This document shows positions 62,357-64,000 of a DNA stretch of 64,000 nt, piece by piece. A program made the position numbers and the translations under genes. The number at the start of each line of letters is the position of its first letter. Position 1 is the stretch's first letter. The notes under the pieces are model-generated. The model had not been told where the DNA came from and did not search any database. It worked only from the letters and a program-made list of their open reading frames with translations. Source of the DNA: Candidatus Omnitrophota bacterium (lineage in GTDB: Bacteria; Omnitrophota; Gorgyraeia; JABMRN01; RBG-13-46-9); the NCBI GenBank assembly GCA_016782425.1, contig JADHYN010000004.1:9632-73631 (forward strand), given 5' to 3'.

Positions 62357-63878
62357 GCTTTACTCTCCTTCTCTTATCACGCTCTATCGTTAATACCTTA
62401 ACGGTGAAATATATAAATCCTCCCCAGAAAATGACGCAGATAAAAATAGTCATGAATACTGTCATGGGGGTTATGCCGATAGAAGTAAATTCTATGTCTT
62501 TTGCGCTCGGGATAACCCGAGGTATGATACCGTTATCCTGAAGAACCCTTATAAGCGTAAGCATAAAAAGAAGCCCGATAAATACGGGTACAATAGCCCT
62601 TATCCAGAATTTAATCCACGTATGGCTGAGTTTCACTCTGGCATTTTTATTCATCTCATCGAAACCGCGATTTCCCATGAAATACCCGACGGCAATTATC
62701 GCAAGTATTCCGAATACGGGTATCGCAAGCTGACCTATAATAATATCCATTTTTGAAAGTAGCGCAAGCTTAGCGCCGATTCCGCCCTGCACGAAACCGT
62801 TAAGTATAAAGGGGAGCCCCATAATCCAGAGTATTATCCCCGTAAATAAAGCCGCTTCCCTTCTTGTCCAACTCGCCTCCTCCTTCAACCATGCAATAGC
62901 AGGTTCCTGAATGCTTATCGCGCTTGATATGGCGCCAAAGGCAAGAAGAACGAAGAATATTCCTCCGAAAATATGTCCGCCAGGCATAACCTCAAAAACC
63001 TTCGGCAGGACAAAAAACGTAAGACCGATAGATTTGGCACCGCCTATTACCGCTCCGAAACCGAGCGCGAAAGCCGCCGGGAATATGGCAAAACCGGCCA
63101 GAATGCTCGCTGAAGTATTGCCCAGCGTAACAGTGAGCGCGTTCATGGGTATTCCCCACTCGTCTTTCATGTACGAGCCGTAAAGAAGCATAGCACCCAT
63201 GCCCAGGCTTAACGTAAAAAATACCTGGCCTAACGCTGCAATCCATGTCTCAACATTCAAAAGCCCCTCCCAGCGTGGCCTCATGTAAAACTCTATGCCC
63301 TCGGCTGCGCCGGGAAGTGTTACGCTTCTTATTGCCACAATTATTAAAAGCACAAATAAGGTGGGTATCATAATCTTGCAGGCTCTCTCGATACCTTTTT
63401 GAACACCCATTGCCAAAATCCCGCTTGTAATGCATACAGCGATAAAATGAACGACGAATATCCATTTGCTCCCCAGAAACGAAGAAAAGTAAGCCTCCGT
63501 ATCTTTACCGAAATAAAGCCCTTCTAGCGAAGCAAAGACAAAGAATATAACCCAGCTTGTTATAACGATATAGTACGAGTAAAGAAAAAACGGGCCTATT
63601 ACGCCCCAGGCGCCGATATCCCTTCCGAACGGAAACTTTATTTTATCAAATGCTCCGAGGGGTTCCCTTTTTGTGTGCCGTCCCAGGACCCATTCGCACA
63701 TCATCGCAAATATGGCAATGCCGAATAATAGAACGACATACGGAATTAAAAAACTTGCGCCGCCGTATTTTCCGCATAGATAAGGAAAGCGCCAGATATT
63801 CCCAAGGCCGATAGCGGTGCCTATCATCGCCACTATCATGCCCCAGTGCGATCTCCACGTCTCTCTTTTTGTTGTCAT
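62334..63878 (-). CDS. sodium-dependent transporter, neurotransmitter:sodium symporter (SNF/NSS) family
   Basis: GLGNIWRFPYLCGKYGG signature and about 12 TM helices. Confidence 0.9.
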   Translation of the reverse strand: MTTKRETWRSHWGMIVAMIGTAIGLGNIWRFPYLCGKYGGASFLIPYVVLLFGIAIFAMMCEWVLGRHTKREPLGAFDKIKFPFGRDIGAWGVIGPFFLYSYYIVITSWVIFFVFASLEGLYFGKDTEAYFSSFLGSKWIFVVHFIAVCITSGILAMGVQKGIERACKIMIPTLFVLLIIVAIRSVTLPGAAEGIEFYMRPRWEGLLNVETWIAALGQVFFTLSLGMGAMLLYGSYMKDEWGIPMNALTVTLGNTSASILAGFAIFPAAFALGFGAVIGGAKSIGLTFFVLPKVFEVMPGGHIFGGIFFVLLAFGAISSAISIQEPAIAWLKEEASWTRREAALFTGIILWIMGLPFILNGFVQGGIGAKLALLSKMDIIIGQLAIPVFGILAIIAVGYFMGNRGFDEMNKNARVKLSHTWIKFWIRAIVPVFIGLLFMLTLIRVLQDNGIIPRVIPSAKDIEFTSIGITPMTVFMTIFICVIFWGGFIYFTVKVLTIERDKRRRVKRGLHHSR

Positions 63879-63899
63879 GCTATTTCCGATCTTTCTATC

Positions 63900-64000
63900 T
63901 TACTCGGAAACATCTTGGCTTTTTTCTTCAAAAACTTTTTTTATCTCTTGTAACAAACTGTTATTATCAACGGGTTTCAACAGATATCCGGAAATGCCTA
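63900..64000 (-). CDS. C-terminal end of a response-regulator receiver-domain protein (gene starts beyond the window)
   Basis: Own translation gives GISGYLLKPVDNNSLLQEIKKVFEEKSQDVSE*. G..YL.KP is the receiver beta5/alpha5 pattern. Confidence 0.5.
   Translation of the reverse strand, partial: GISGYLLKPVDNNSLLQEIKKVFEEKSQDVSE

Overview
Chromosomal segment of an AT-leaning bacterium. There is no rRNA in the window, so lineage cannot be assigned from this sequence alone. It holds about 65 protein genes, all but three on the minus strand, joined by overlaps or spacers of a few nt.

Content is mostly housekeeping:
- dnaG-rpoD, uvrA, smc and rplM-rpsI
- a ~17-kb biosynthetic run: argCJBDFGH-lysA-dapF-dapA-dapB-dapL-folK-panC-nadA-nadX
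- Bcd/EtfAB, with a ferredoxin domain on EtfA
- ExbB/ExbD/TonB-like genes plus an 815-aa TPR protein
- two GGDEF cyclases
- a Memo-AMMECR1 fusion directly behind tRNA-Ala(CGC)
- an NSS transporter, one IS481-like transposase and a decayed cysD fragment

Canonical sigma70-type promoters (TTGACA-17-TAnnnT) can be read by eye at nine places. Several sit so close to the start codon that leaderless mRNAs are implied.

The unusual content is non-coding:
1. A five-copy family of three-hairpin elements (about 140-410 bp) fills stop-to-start spacers exactly. The elements donate the Shine-Dalgarno of the downstream gene and show compensatory stem changes. One copy carries a small GIY-YIG nuclease gene inside the central hairpin, and another copy is an internal-deletion derivative of it.
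2. A GC-rich double palindrome (CCGCC-N3-GGCGG, twice) lies in frame at a domain junction and at a gene junction.
3. TAAGNNN heptad arrays begin with the stop codon of the upstream gene.
4. An inverted-repeat module sits exactly 9 bp upstream of the -35 box of two unrelated promoters.

No CRISPR array, prophage or recognisable defence island was seen. All calls rest on reading the sequence and the ORF track; no database search was possible.
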